NCBI GenBank assembly: GCA_002269645.1
Contig: NIVC01002459.1
Coordinates: forward strand, 1-64,000
Origin: Macrostomum lignano
Taxonomy: Eukaryota
Direction of reading: 5' to 3'
DNA length: 64,000 nucleotides
Shown here: piece by piece, positions 39,551-64,000 of the stretch
Numbering within the stretch: position 1 is the first letter of the stretch
Layout: each line of letters opens with the position of its first letter
Position numbers and translations under genes: made by a program
Notes under the pieces: generated by a model
What the model was told of the DNA's origin: nothing
The model's input: only the letters and a program-made list of their open reading frames with translations
The model's database searches: none

Positions 39551-42500
39551 ATGGAAAGCGCTGGCGAGTCTCAGGAAGCGGTGATTCGAGCCAGGACCAT
39601 CTCCTTCTACCTGGTCGGCTGCGCTGGGACCAGCCTGTGCTGCATCGGGCTCATCGCTAATCTCCTGTCACTGAGCGTGCTCGGCAAGAGGTGCATGCGG
39701 ATTAGCAATACTAATTTGTACCTGATTGCGCTGACCTTCGCTGACACCTGCGTGCTGCTCATGTCGCTGCTCGTCTTTCTGAAGGACACCAGGGCGCAGC
39801 ACGACCAGCCCGAGTACATGGTGTGGCGGGACTCCCGCTGGATGCCGCACCTATACATCTACTCTCATGCGCTCAACCTGCTGTTCCAGGTGAAGGTGGG
39901 ATGGGATGGGATGGGATGGGATGGGATGGGATGGGATGGGATGGGATGGGATGGGATGGGTTGGGATGGGATTGGAATGGGATGGATTGGGATGGGATAA
40001 GATGGGATGGGATGGGATTGGATAAGATGGGATGGGATGGGGTGAGATGGGATGGGATGGGATGGGATGAGATGGATTGGGATGGGATAAGATGGGATGG
40101 GATGGGGTGAGATGGGATGGGATGGGATGAGATGGGATGGATTGGGATGGGATAAGATGAGATGGGATGGGATGGGATGGGATGGGGTGAGATGGGATGG
40201 GATGGGATGAGATGGGATGGATTGGGATGGGATAAGATGGGATGGGATGGGATTGGATAAGATGGTATGGGGTGGGGTGAGATGGGATGGGATTGGAAGC
40301 TGATGGATGAGATGTTACAGTGAAATGCAAACAAAACACTTGTGCAAGTAATATGCAGCGCAGATTACGTGTGTTTTTTGCCGTCAGTATTCGTATCGAA
40401 TGTCAAATGACAAACAGACATTTTTGATAATTTTGTTTTTGTATTTTCCCGATCAAGGGACTCACAAGCAGCCCGTCTGCATTTCTCTGGGGGGCGCTCT
40501 CTCGGCCTTCTGCCTGTTTTTCGGGAAAAAATCCTGTGTCTATTCCCTTACTGATAATTAATTGTCCCAAAATGCTCATTAATATCATTTTCCCAAGCTT
40601 ATGCATCTGTATGTTATAATCTGAGCAGGGAACTGGGAATTCCCCGCTGCTCTCGAGTGAGGCTTTGCCAGGCTCTGCTATAACAGTCTGCTTCTTCTAG
40701 GGGAAATTTGATGCAGCTGGGTGAATAGGCGGGCCAGTCTTGGCAAGACTTTGTCTCGAGAATGGATTGCTAATCTACCCAACATCTAGGATAATCGGCA
40801 TAGAATGGGTTGCTAATCTAGCCTACATCTAGGATAATCGGCATAGAATGGGTTGCTAATCTAGCCAACATCTAGGATTATTGGCATAGAATGGATTGCT
40901 AATCTAGCCAACATCTAGGATTATTGGCATAGAATGGATTGCTAATCTAGCCAACATCTAGGATTATTGGCATAGAATGGATTGCTAATCTAGCCAACAT
41001 CTAGGATAATTGGCATAGAATAGATTGCTAATCTAGCCAACATCTAGGATTATTGGCATAGAATGGATTGCTAATCTAGCCAACATCTAGGATTATTGGC
41101 ATAGAATGGATTGCTAATCTAGCCAACATCTAGGATAATTGGCATAGAATAGATTGCTAATCTAGCCAACATCTAGGATTATTGGCATAGAATGGATTGC
41201 TAATCTAGCCAACATCTAGGATTATTGGCATAGAATGGATTGCTAATCTAGCCAACATCTAGGATAATTGGCATAGAATGGATTGCTAATCTAGCCAACA
41301 TCTAGGATAATTGTCATAGAATAGATTGCTAATCTAGCCAACATCTAGGATTATTGGCATAGAATAGATTGCTAATCTAGCCAACATCTAGGATTATTGG
41401 CATAGAATGGATTGCTAATCTATGCAACATCTAGGATTATTGGCATAGAATAGATTGCTAATCTAGCCAACATCTAGGATTATTGGCATAGAATGGATTG
41501 CTAATCTAGCCAACATCTAGGATTATTGGCATAGAATGGATTGCTAATCTAGCCAACATCTAGGATAATTGGCATAGAATAGATTGCTAATCTAGCCAAC
41601 ATCTAGGATTATTGGCATAGAATGGATTGCTAATCTAGCCAACATCTAGGATTATTGGCATAGAATGGATTGCTAATCTAGCCAACATCTAGGATTATTG
41701 GCATAGAATGAATCGCTAATCTATGCAACATCTAGAATAATTGGCATAGAATGGATTGCTAATCTATGCAACATCTAGGATTATTGGCATAGAATGGATT
41801 GCTAATCTATGCAACATCTAGGATTATTGGCATAGAATGGATTGCTAATCTAGCCAACATCTAGGATTATTGGCATAGAATGGATTGCTAATCTATGCAA
41901 CATCTAGGATTATTGGCATAGAATGGATTGCTAATCTAGCCAACATCTAGGATAATTGTCATAGAATGGATTGGTAGTCTAGCCATGCTAGTCTAGCCAT
42001 TAGATTGAATGAGACTAGATTAGATTATGTTACATGAGATTAGAATACATTTAGATTAGATTAGATTAGATACGATTGGAATTAGATTAGATTGAATTGG
42101 ATTGAATTAGATTAGTTTAAATTAGATTAGATTAGATTGGATTAGATTAGATTAGATTAGATTAGATTAGATTAGATTCGATTCGATTCGATTGAATTAG
42201 ATTAGATTAGATTAGATTAGATTAGATTAGATTAGATTAGATTAGATTATATCAGATTAGATTAGATTAGATTGAATTAGATTAGATTAGTTTAAATTAG
42301 ATTAAATTAGATTGGATTAGATTAGATTAGATTGAATTAGATTCGATTAGATTAGATTAGATTAGATTAGATTAGATTAGATTAGATTAGATTACCGGTA
42401 GATTATATTAGATTGAATTAGATTAGATTAGATTAGATTGAATTAAATTAGATTAGATTAGATTGAATTAGATTAGATTAGATTGGATTGGATTGAATTA

Positions 42501-44362
42501 GATTAGCTTAGATTATATTAGATTAGATTAGATTAGATTACCGGTAGATTAGATTAGATTGGATTGAATTGAATTAGATTAGTTTAAATTAGATTAGATT
42601 TAAACTAATTTAAACTAAGATTGGATTAGATTAGATTCGATTAGATTAGATTAGATTACCGGTAGATTAGATTAGATTGAATCAGATTAGATTAGATTAG
42701 ATTAGTTTAAATTAGATTAGATTATATTAGATTACCGGTAGAGTAGATTAGATTGAATTAGATTACATTAGATTAGATTAGATTAGATTAGATCAGATTA
42801 GATTAGTTTAAATTAGATTAGATTAGATTAGATTACCGGTAGAGTAGATTAGGTTGAATTAGATTAGATTAGATTAGATTAGAATAGATTAAATTAGATC
42901 AGATTTGCAACCAGCATCCATTGACCCCTCAGGTGGCCTCGGTGTGGCTGACGGTGGCCTTCACCGCAGACCGCTACCTGATGATCTGCCATCCGTTCCT
43001 CGCCGAACGCCTCTGCAGTCGCCGTCTCGCCGGCCGCTGCATCGCCTCGGTGTTCCTGGGCTCGACTCTGTATTCGTTGCCTCGCCTATTCGAGCAGGAG
43101 CTGTGGCGGCCAGAGCTGCCCGCTCACCTGAGGAACCTGACCGATCCGGACCTGGCCGAGCTGCAGCTGCGGTTCCAGCAGCGCTACGGAGAGCCCTCTT
43201 GGCGCTCCCGCATCGACCAGTTCCTCCAAGTCCGCAACTCGGACGTGCTCTGGTATCACACTTCGCCATTCGGACAGTCCGAGAGTTTTCGGATCTACTA
43301 TCACCTGGTTGCCTGGCTGCTGCTGGTAGTGCTGGCGGTCATGAATGCCGGCCTCATCAGAGCTGTACGCCGGGCTCGGCAGAGGATGCTGGGCGACGAC
43401 AACTCGGCGACTGCGGCCAGCTGCCGGACCGACACCACCGTCATGCTGATTGGCGTCGTGCTTCTGTTCTTCATCTGCCAGATCCCAGCCGCCGTCACCC
43501 ACTTCATTTGGAGCACCCGGAGGCTGGGCAGCGGCATCGCGGGTGCAGGCAGCGGTCAGGGCGGCGATGAGAACGACAACCTGGCTAACTATGTGTTCCA
43601 GGTGGGATGCCGTGTGGGGTGGGGGTGGGATGGGATGATAAGGGATGGGGTGAGATCTGATGGGATTGGATGGGGATGAGATGGTATTGGATGTGATGGG
43701 ATGGGATGGGATGATATGGGATGGGATGGGATGGGATCTGATGAGATGGGATGGGATGGGATGATATGGGATGGGAAGGGATGGAGATGGGATGGTATTG
43801 GATGGGATGGTATGGGATGGAGATTGGATGGAGATGGGATCGGATCGGATGGGATCGGATCGGATCGGATCGGATCGGATCGGATCGGATCGGATCGGAT
43901 GGGATGGGATGGGATGGGATGGGTTGGGATGGGATTGGGATGGGATTGGGAAGCGTGTTTAATATTGACTGTGCAGATTACCTTCAGTCATTAAAGGAAA
44001 ATTTCCCAATCTTCATCAGTCAAAACCCGATTCCTCTTTGGGCCAACCGCCTCTCCCAGGAGATCTCCAACCTGCTAGTGGTGGCCAACTCCGCCATCAA
44101 CATCGTGCCCTACTGCCTGTTCAGCTGCCGGTTTCGCAGGGAGCTGCTGCGCACCCTGGGGGCTCCAGTTGGCTGCCGGCGAGCCCTGGGCATCCGCGGC
44201 GAGCCAGAAGGCGCCGGTGGCGATGCCGAGGCAGCCATCCTGCTGACGCCGCGGCGGGGGGCTCCGCCGTCGACGAACCGATCGCCGATGCCGTTCAGCC
44301 GAGCGACGGTTGAGGCAGCGGCGGCGACGGAGGTGATCGAGGCCGACTCTCCAACTGTCTGA
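39551..44362 (+). CDS. Rhodopsin-family peptide GPCR, FMRFamide-receptor-like; exons 39551-39889, 42933-43601, 44060-44362; 436 aa
   Basis: TM1 GLIANLLSLSVL; TM2 LYLIALTFADTCVL; TM3 SVWLTVAFTADRYLMICHP; TM4 YSLPRLFE; TM6 TVMLIGVVLLFFICQIP; TM7 ISNLLVVANSAINIVPYCLFSCRFRREL. Both introns are phase 0 (CAG|GT). Confidence 0.9.
39895..40295. repeat. (GGGAT)n-type pentamer repeat, GPCR intron 1
   Basis: Starts a few nt after the donor. Confidence 0.9.
40765..41975. repeat. 43-bp minisatellite (TAGAATGGATTGCTAATCTAGCCAACATCTAGGATTATTGGCA), GPCR intron 1
   Basis: About 28 copies. Confidence 0.95.
42040..42900. repeat. (GATTA)n pentamer microsatellite, GPCR intron 1
   Basis: Long degenerate array ending near the acceptor. 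Confidence 0.95.
43615..43950. repeat. (GGGAT)/(GGATC)n pentamer repeat, GPCR intron 2
   Basis: Same core as the intron 1 array. Confidence 0.9.
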
Positions 44363-44925
44363 CTCTCCGACTGTCTGACTCACCGACTGTCTGACTCACT
44401 GACTGTCTGACTCTCTATCTGACTCTCCAACTGTCTGACTCTCCGACTGTCTGACTCACCGACTGTCTGACTCACTGACTGTCAGACTCACTGACTATCT
44501 GACTCTGTATCTGACTCTCCAACTGTCTGACTCTCTGACTCACCGACTATCTGACTCTCCAACTGTCTGACTCTCCAACTGTCTGACTCTCCAACTGTCT
44601 GACTCTCCAACTGTCTGACTCTCCAACTGTCTGACTCTCCAACTGTCTGACTCTCCAACTGTCTGACTCTCCAACTGTCTGACTCTCCGACTGTCTGACT
44701 CTCCAACTGTCTGACTCTCCAACTGTCTGACTCTCCAACTGTCTGACTCTCCAACTGTCTGACTCTCCAACTGTCTGACTCTCCAACTGTCTGACTCTCC
44801 AACTGTCTGACTCTCCAACTGTCTGACTCTCCGACTGTCTGACTCTCCGACTGTCTGACTCTCCAACTGTCTGACTCTCTGACTCTCCGACTGTCTGACT
44901 CTCCAACTGTCTGACTCTCCAACTG
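44343..44925. repeat. 16-bp minisatellite (GACTCTCCAACTGTCT) beginning inside the GPCR's last codons
   Basis: About 36 copies; the first unit contains the stop TGA. Confidence 0.95.
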
Positions 44926-45041
44926 ACGACGATTTTAGCAGTCATTGAACTGATTCTCAAACCTTTGCGTCATTGAATGTTTCGACAGCTAGATTTTGTT
45001 AATTCCTTATCTGGGTTCAATTAATCGATGAATTCATGAAC

Positions 45042-45047
45042 AATAAA
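45042..45047 (+). terminator. Candidate polyadenylation signal for the class A GPCR
   Basis: AATAAA just after the 16-bp array that follows the stop codon. Confidence 0.3.
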
Positions 45048-45529
45048 ATAAGTAAGATTTGGAACTTATGGCATGTATATCTCCGAACGTCAATTCGATA
45101 ACACACTGATAGTATTGATTGGGAAAGATATGACTAACGGGTTTCAATTTTTTATCACTTTATCGAATTAAAAGTTTTACAAATGCTATATATAGCAGAA
45201 CAATAAAATTCGATTAATTAATTAATTAAATATGATCGTAGCAGGTGTCAAAAACACAGTTCAAAAATCTGAGGCAGCTTAGATAATTTTAAAACATAAA
45301 ATGTAGCAATTGACAATGTCTGTTCATTTTAATTGGATGAAATAATATAGCTGACACGGGGCTTGTGCTTATCTGATGTGAATGTGGCTAAACAAGGTTA
45401 ATTAGAGGTCTGGTGTTGAAAATGTTACAAAGTTCGCAATCCTGACCGCCCAGCCAAACTTCTCAGTATGGGTAAAATTGTGACGTTTTCAGAAAAAATC
45501 TGGTTTTTTTTGTCAGGTGGGTCTGACAG

Positions 45530-45780
45530 TAGTTATTCTTGTCAGGTGGGTCTGACAGTTATCCTTGTCAGGTGCGTCTGACAGTTAGTTATCCTTGTCA
45601 GGTGGGTCTGACAGTTAGTTATCCTTGTCAGGTGGGTCTGACAGTTAGTTATCCTTGTCAGGTGGGTCTGACAGTTAGTTATCCTTGTCAGGTGGGTCTG
45701 ACAGTTAGTTATACTTGTCAGGTGGGTCTGACAGTTAGTTATACTTGTCAGGTGGGTCTGATAGCTATTCTTGCCAGGTG
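45530..45780. repeat. 30-bp minisatellite (TGTCAGGTGGGTCTGACAGTTAGTTATCCT)
   Basis: About 8 copies, each with the inverted hexamers TGTCAG/CTGACA. Confidence 0.9.
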
Positions 45781-46024
45781 GGCGTCAAAGCTCTCAGAGG
45801 GGACTCAGAATTCCCCCATAAAAGCAATATTGTTAAGCTTCACAAGCGACGCAAATGAATAATGCTTGAATGTGTCAGGTATAGGGAGCAAGGACAGTAC
45901 ATGTAAGCTGTAATGTTCTCAGTTGTTGCGCAGAAATCACACCTGCATAGGTCTTGCAGGTCATTCACGTTTTGATATTGTGGAGTGCCTGTTTTTTTCC
46001 TCGGACAGGACGTCTGTTGCCGTC

Positions 46025-59404
<13,380 letters not shown>

Positions 59405-59426
59405 GCTGCCAGAGTAACTGTCTTTG

Positions 59427-59428
<2 letters not shown>

Positions 59429-59495
<67 letters not shown>
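59429..59495. repeat. (GA)n microsatellite just upstream of the GPR158-like ATG
   Basis: Pure dinucleotide run about 25 nt 5' of the start codon. Confidence 0.97.
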
Positions 59496-59498
<3 letters not shown>

Positions 59499-60334
59499 CG
59501 GCAGTCTATTTGACTGTGAGCTCTCAGTCGCGTTCTTTTGGGTATATATGGCTTAGGAATGGAAGAGGCACCGGAGGATGCTGGCTTGATCTGCGGGAAG
59601 ATCGGCTGAGCCAATATTGGCAGGGAAGAGAGGAAGGCCTGAAAAAGAGAGTCAGAGTCTCGCAGAGTCTCTCCCAGCGAGAGGGGGTAGAGAGAGGGGA
59701 GTGGGGTAAGAGAGCAGCTGCAGGAACTCAGCTGGAGAAGGGGGGTACAGAGAAGCCAAGCGAGCGGCACAGGGTGAGAGTGCGTTTGGTCCCTGTCTCT
59801 GTCTGCCCCCAGACTTGAGAACTGGCACTACCCACACTTCTGCTGCTAGCGGGCGGGCCGGGCCTGTTTGGGAACGAGCGAGAGCTTCGAGGAACACAGC
59901 CCTGAAGGACAGAGTGACATTGCGCTGGAGCATGCGCGCTTGATATGTACTTTTGCTCTGTCTGTGTCCGTCTGTCTGTCCGTCCGTACGTCTCTTCCCT
60001 CTCGCCCGGGTTCCCACTCTTCCCACCGCCCGGGCAGCAGGGGGGTTCGGGCCAACCCCGAGGACGCAGGACCGAGGATGCGGTGGCGGGTGGCCGGTCG
60101 GGGGGGGGGGGCTCGCAGCTTCGGGTTAACAGGAAGCGAAAGGGAGGGAGAAAAGTGGTGGACGGGGAAGCTGGCGGGTCTGATGGAGGAGAGAGGTAGC
60201 GGTTGGAAATGAGGGAAGACCGAACTGTCTGGGCTGTCTGTCTGGCTGCCAAGTCAAGCTTAGGGTGCTTTGCACCCTGTAAGCCTTCAGGTTGTGTGTC
60301 TGTTTATTCAGATTGGACATAATCCCGTTTATAT

Positions 60335-60610
<276 letters not shown>

Positions 60611-62406
60611 GGAACAGGCATGACTGTTTTGTCTTCCAGCTGGGCTGCTAGTCTCCTGTCATGAGGCAGCCAATGTGATGACAAGGTGGCAACAGGCAGT
60701 TCATGCTCATTAGACTCCTCATTCTCAGAATCTTTATCCTGTTTTTTGATTTCCTCTGGCGGAAGTGATCCTAGGTTTAGAGGCGCTCAGTGGCGGAATA
60801 AATCGTGCACATCTCTGAATGGCGGACAATGTGCCTGCCGCGGTGGCCAAAATGTGTTAATGGAAGTCCGAAGAGCGTTGGCAGGGATTAATACGTATCC
60901 GGCCGCAATCGGTATTTTATGTTTATTGAGCAATCGAATGGCGCGCGTTGATACGTTTGTACTTTTACATACGAGAAACAAGGTTTAAAAATGTTTTTTA
61001 TCGAAGAAATATTCCGTAAAAATCAGGCAATTCTTTTTCTTTTTTAGTTACTTTCCGTACACTTTTTTGTAAGCTGGCATCGAAATGAATTTCTGCTGGT
61101 CTGGCAGCCTGTAGTGACTGAAAATCAACTTTGGTAAAAGCATTCAGCTGTTTTGGCAAATGCTAACCTGGTTTTTAAAAAGAAGCAGTTTAACTTTTCC
61201 ATTTGCAGCATTTTCTGCATGCTCTACTGTTAGTAATCAAGCCAGGCATTTTGCAAGCAATTTTTGTAAGTGTAAATGTAATATGAAAGAGTCATTTTCA
61301 CGAGCTATTTTATTTTTGTTGCATAATACAATTTTTATTAGAAGTTGAAGCAATGGGTTCAGTTTAAATAGCTCTTTTTAAATGTATTGGTCGCGGAGTA
61401 ATAAGATTAAAGGTTTTTGTGGAAAGCAAAATATAAAAAGCAATTTAATTATTGGGTCAACTGTTAAAAACTAAAGTGAAGCTATCAGCAAATATATATG
61501 GATTAAATTTTATCGACCGAACTGAACTATCTATTAAACTATAATTTAATATGTTAAAGGGGAACTTCAAAAATGAATATGAATTTTAAATTAGAAAGTG
61601 CTTTAAGCTGTCGTGCTTTTAATTCTTATTTAATTTTTAAAAAGAATTTAAATTGTATGTTTTTTCAGCATTTAATTTTTATGAAACGGTTGTGGAATTG
61701 AATTTATTAGTTGAATGGAACATTAGTAACGAATTTTCCAACTAAGAATTTGTTCATTTCAAAAAACAGAGAAGAATTACTAAAATGTAAAAAATGTAAA
61801 TATAGAAATAAATTCTACAATACTTGACTTAAAAGACGCATAAATACCCTCATACTGAAGTATTTATGATAAAATTTTCAAATAAACCACACAACCCTTA
61901 CAAACAATTTACAAACTAATATTAATAGTACCTATTATAAAATTCATGCTCCTCTGCGTAGAAGAAACATTAACAGTCTAATTTTTATTCTGCTTTTAAT
62001 TTATAACGCACAAATACCATACGGCCTTTCTATTCGATTTTTTTTATTATTGTCAACGCCTCACGTTTTGCCAAACCAGTTGTGACCGGTCCACGATGTA
62101 GGAATTTAAAGTTTAAATTTATCATAACAGAAGATCGTTCCTTCTCTTAAACAACATTTTCGAGTTAAGTTCATCCTTAAAACATGAATTTATACTAAGT
62201 TTACTCTGAAAGTTTTGATTTTCAAAATTTATGCCATATGGTTTTGTTTTAATATTCAAATTATTGCTATAAAAAGTTTTGCTATCCATTCAATCCAGAT
62301 ACCGAATATTATAATATATTCTAAACAAGAATACCATCCGCGACTGACCTTTAGGCGTCATTTCCAGTTTATTGTTCTTTCGCGTATCGAAAAGCAAGAC
62401 TTAGCT

Positions 62407-63058
62407 ATGTGGCGCTTTCCAAAGCTACCATACGCTCATTCTCGACGGCTATTGAGCAGCTTTGTTGACAACCATGGCACTAATCAAGTATTGGCAATGC
62501 GCCGAGAAACTATTAATTTATGGGAACGACGAGCACCTCTTTCGCCGAATCATGTGCGAAAGTTAGTGAAAGATGGCGTGAAAGTGATCGTTCAGCCGTC
62601 CAACAGGCGAGCCTTCACTCACAATGTAAGCTATTGACACGAAAAACATGTACATGGTAGTTCAATTTTCTATTTGTTTTGGATGTCCTTATGCTAACAT
62701 TAGCGCACCGCAACTCTCGCAGGAATACCTTCAAGCCGGCGCCATAATACAGGAGGACCTGTCCGAGGCGCCAGTCATCATCGGCGTTAAGCCAGTTCCT
62801 CTGGACTTTCAAAGCCTCATGCCTGACAAAACCTATGCATTCTTCTCTCACACAATCAAAGCACAGGAGGAGAACATGCCGCTGCTTGACACCCTGCTGG
62901 AGCGCAATATTCGCTTGCTAGACTATGAGAAAATGGTCGACGGTCACGGCAAGCGGACGGTGGCCTTCGGCAAGTACGCTGGCATTGTGGGCATGATCAA
63001 CATTCTTAATGGGGTTGGAATCCGGCTGCTGGCATTGGGACATCACACTCCTTTCATG
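62407..63058 (+). CDS. AASS: Alpha-aminoadipic semialdehyde synthase (lysine-ketoglutarate reductase N-terminal part), 5'-partial model; exons 62407-62625, 62723-63058; further exons not found in the window
   Basis: [82 protein letters not shown] match AASS/LKR. Arg/Ser-rich N-terminus resembles a mitochondrial presequence. Donors GTAAGC and GTGAGC. Confidence 0.93.
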
Positions 63059-64000
63059 GTGAGCGATATTGCATTTCTTGTAACTTTGGGTTAAACTCGT
63101 AATCGTAAGTTAGGCCTATAACCCCAGTAGATAAATAAAGGACACAGTGTTATGAAATAATCAGCAAAGTTCTCGCGGTTGTACTAAATCCCTCTACTAT
63201 CTAGAGGTTAAACAGGCTTCTGCTGCATGGCCTTACCGCTGGAATGGAAATTTCCAATGGCCTGGAAAACCAGAAATGCATAGTAAAAGAGAGAGAGACA
63301 GACAGAAAAGCAGATTCAAATCTCTCAACTTTCCTTTCTTCTGGGGGTGTGGCCAGCGGCCGCCCGTTCGTACCTGCTGCAGTGCACGTTATAACTGCGC
63401 ACGCACCCAGCAGATGTTAAAATTGGCATTGCAAGGTGAAGGTGGAGACAGAGTGTACATCATGATGAAATGCACAACGGTGTGCAAAATCTGGCCTGTT
63501 CAAACATCGCTGACCGCAAGCAAAGCGCGAAAATAACAAATTCAAGGCAAAGGTCACATGCAAATTCATACTTTGTAGGTTCAAACGAAGGTCAGTTCAT
63601 CGATGACAGAGAGTACTAAAACTGATAATAATTATTGCTAGCCATATTCTATTAAAGTCGGACGATGATCTCTAAAAAGGATCTGCATGTCCTTTTTTAT
63701 CTCTAATTTTTTACGCTGGCTCATCCCACCGAAATGACAAGAACAGATACGAGTACGGGTGTACAATAGAAGACACAGGAGAGGTGCAGCGTCAATTAAA
63801 TGCATTTAATCTCTCTCCCTATTCTTTTTGGAACTGGATCGCTCTCTAAATCTAAAAAATAGGTTTTTTCTAACAGAACACATCGTGCGTAGCAGTGGTG
63901 TCTGACTTGAGGATGAGGGACTCAGTTGTACTCAGTTGCACCCAGAAAAGAGTTTTCTAATATCAGTTTTACGTTGGTGTTATCTGTGCATCGTAGACTT

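Noticed and set aside
40765-41975. CRISPR-like appearance of the 36-46-bp arrays
   Set aside because: Units are head-to-tail with no unique spacers, there are no cas genes, and the context is eukaryotic introns.
42040-42900. Interstitial telomeric repeat
   Set aside because: The unit is GATTA, not TTAGGG or TTAGG.
59405-59770. N-terminal 122-aa extension of the GPR158-like ORF
   Set aside because: Starts at a non-ATG codon and runs through a (CT)n microsatellite. A signal peptide begins at ATG 59404, and an acceptor near 59591 suggests this is 5'UTR/intron.
60788-60803. CAGTGGCGGA... as a transposon TIR
   Set aside because: No inverted partner or TSD found within the window.
63276-63536. 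ORF as AASS exon 3
   Set aside because: No resemblance to the expected HIG.AHNY continuation.

Overview
Eukaryotic (metazoan) genomic DNA: GC-rich spliced exons separated by introns and intergenic tracts filled with locus-private mini/microsatellites. The style suggests a free-living flatworm such as Macrostomum, but that is an inference and was not verified. Seven spliced genes were reconstructed by hand from GT-AG sites with phase-consistent junctions: (1) a double-RING PHRF1/SCAF11-like gene (+, 502-1877); (2) complete phosphorylase kinase beta subunit PHKB (+, 9 exons, 1106 aa); (3) a six-zinc-finger (RING-like/RING/PHD)x2 PHRF1-like gene whose first visible coding exon has no ATG (+, 20247-24703); (4) a complete fibrillar collagen (-, 8 exons, 1434 aa) whose major helix is split by a 16-aa insert carrying an RSRR convertase motif; (5) a 436-aa FMRFamide-receptor-like class A GPCR (+); (6) a GPR158/GPR179-like class C GPCR (-, 10 exons, 819 aa); (7) the 5' part of AASS (+). 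Mobile DNA includes a 2.8-kb hAT-like non-autonomous element with TIRs and an 8-bp TSD inserted into a minisatellite, two copies of a MITE-like family (one with an internally amplified 142-bp unit) and a 410-bp foldback. Most long ORFs in the supplied track are repeat artefacts. No CRISPR, rRNA or tRNA genes were seen.
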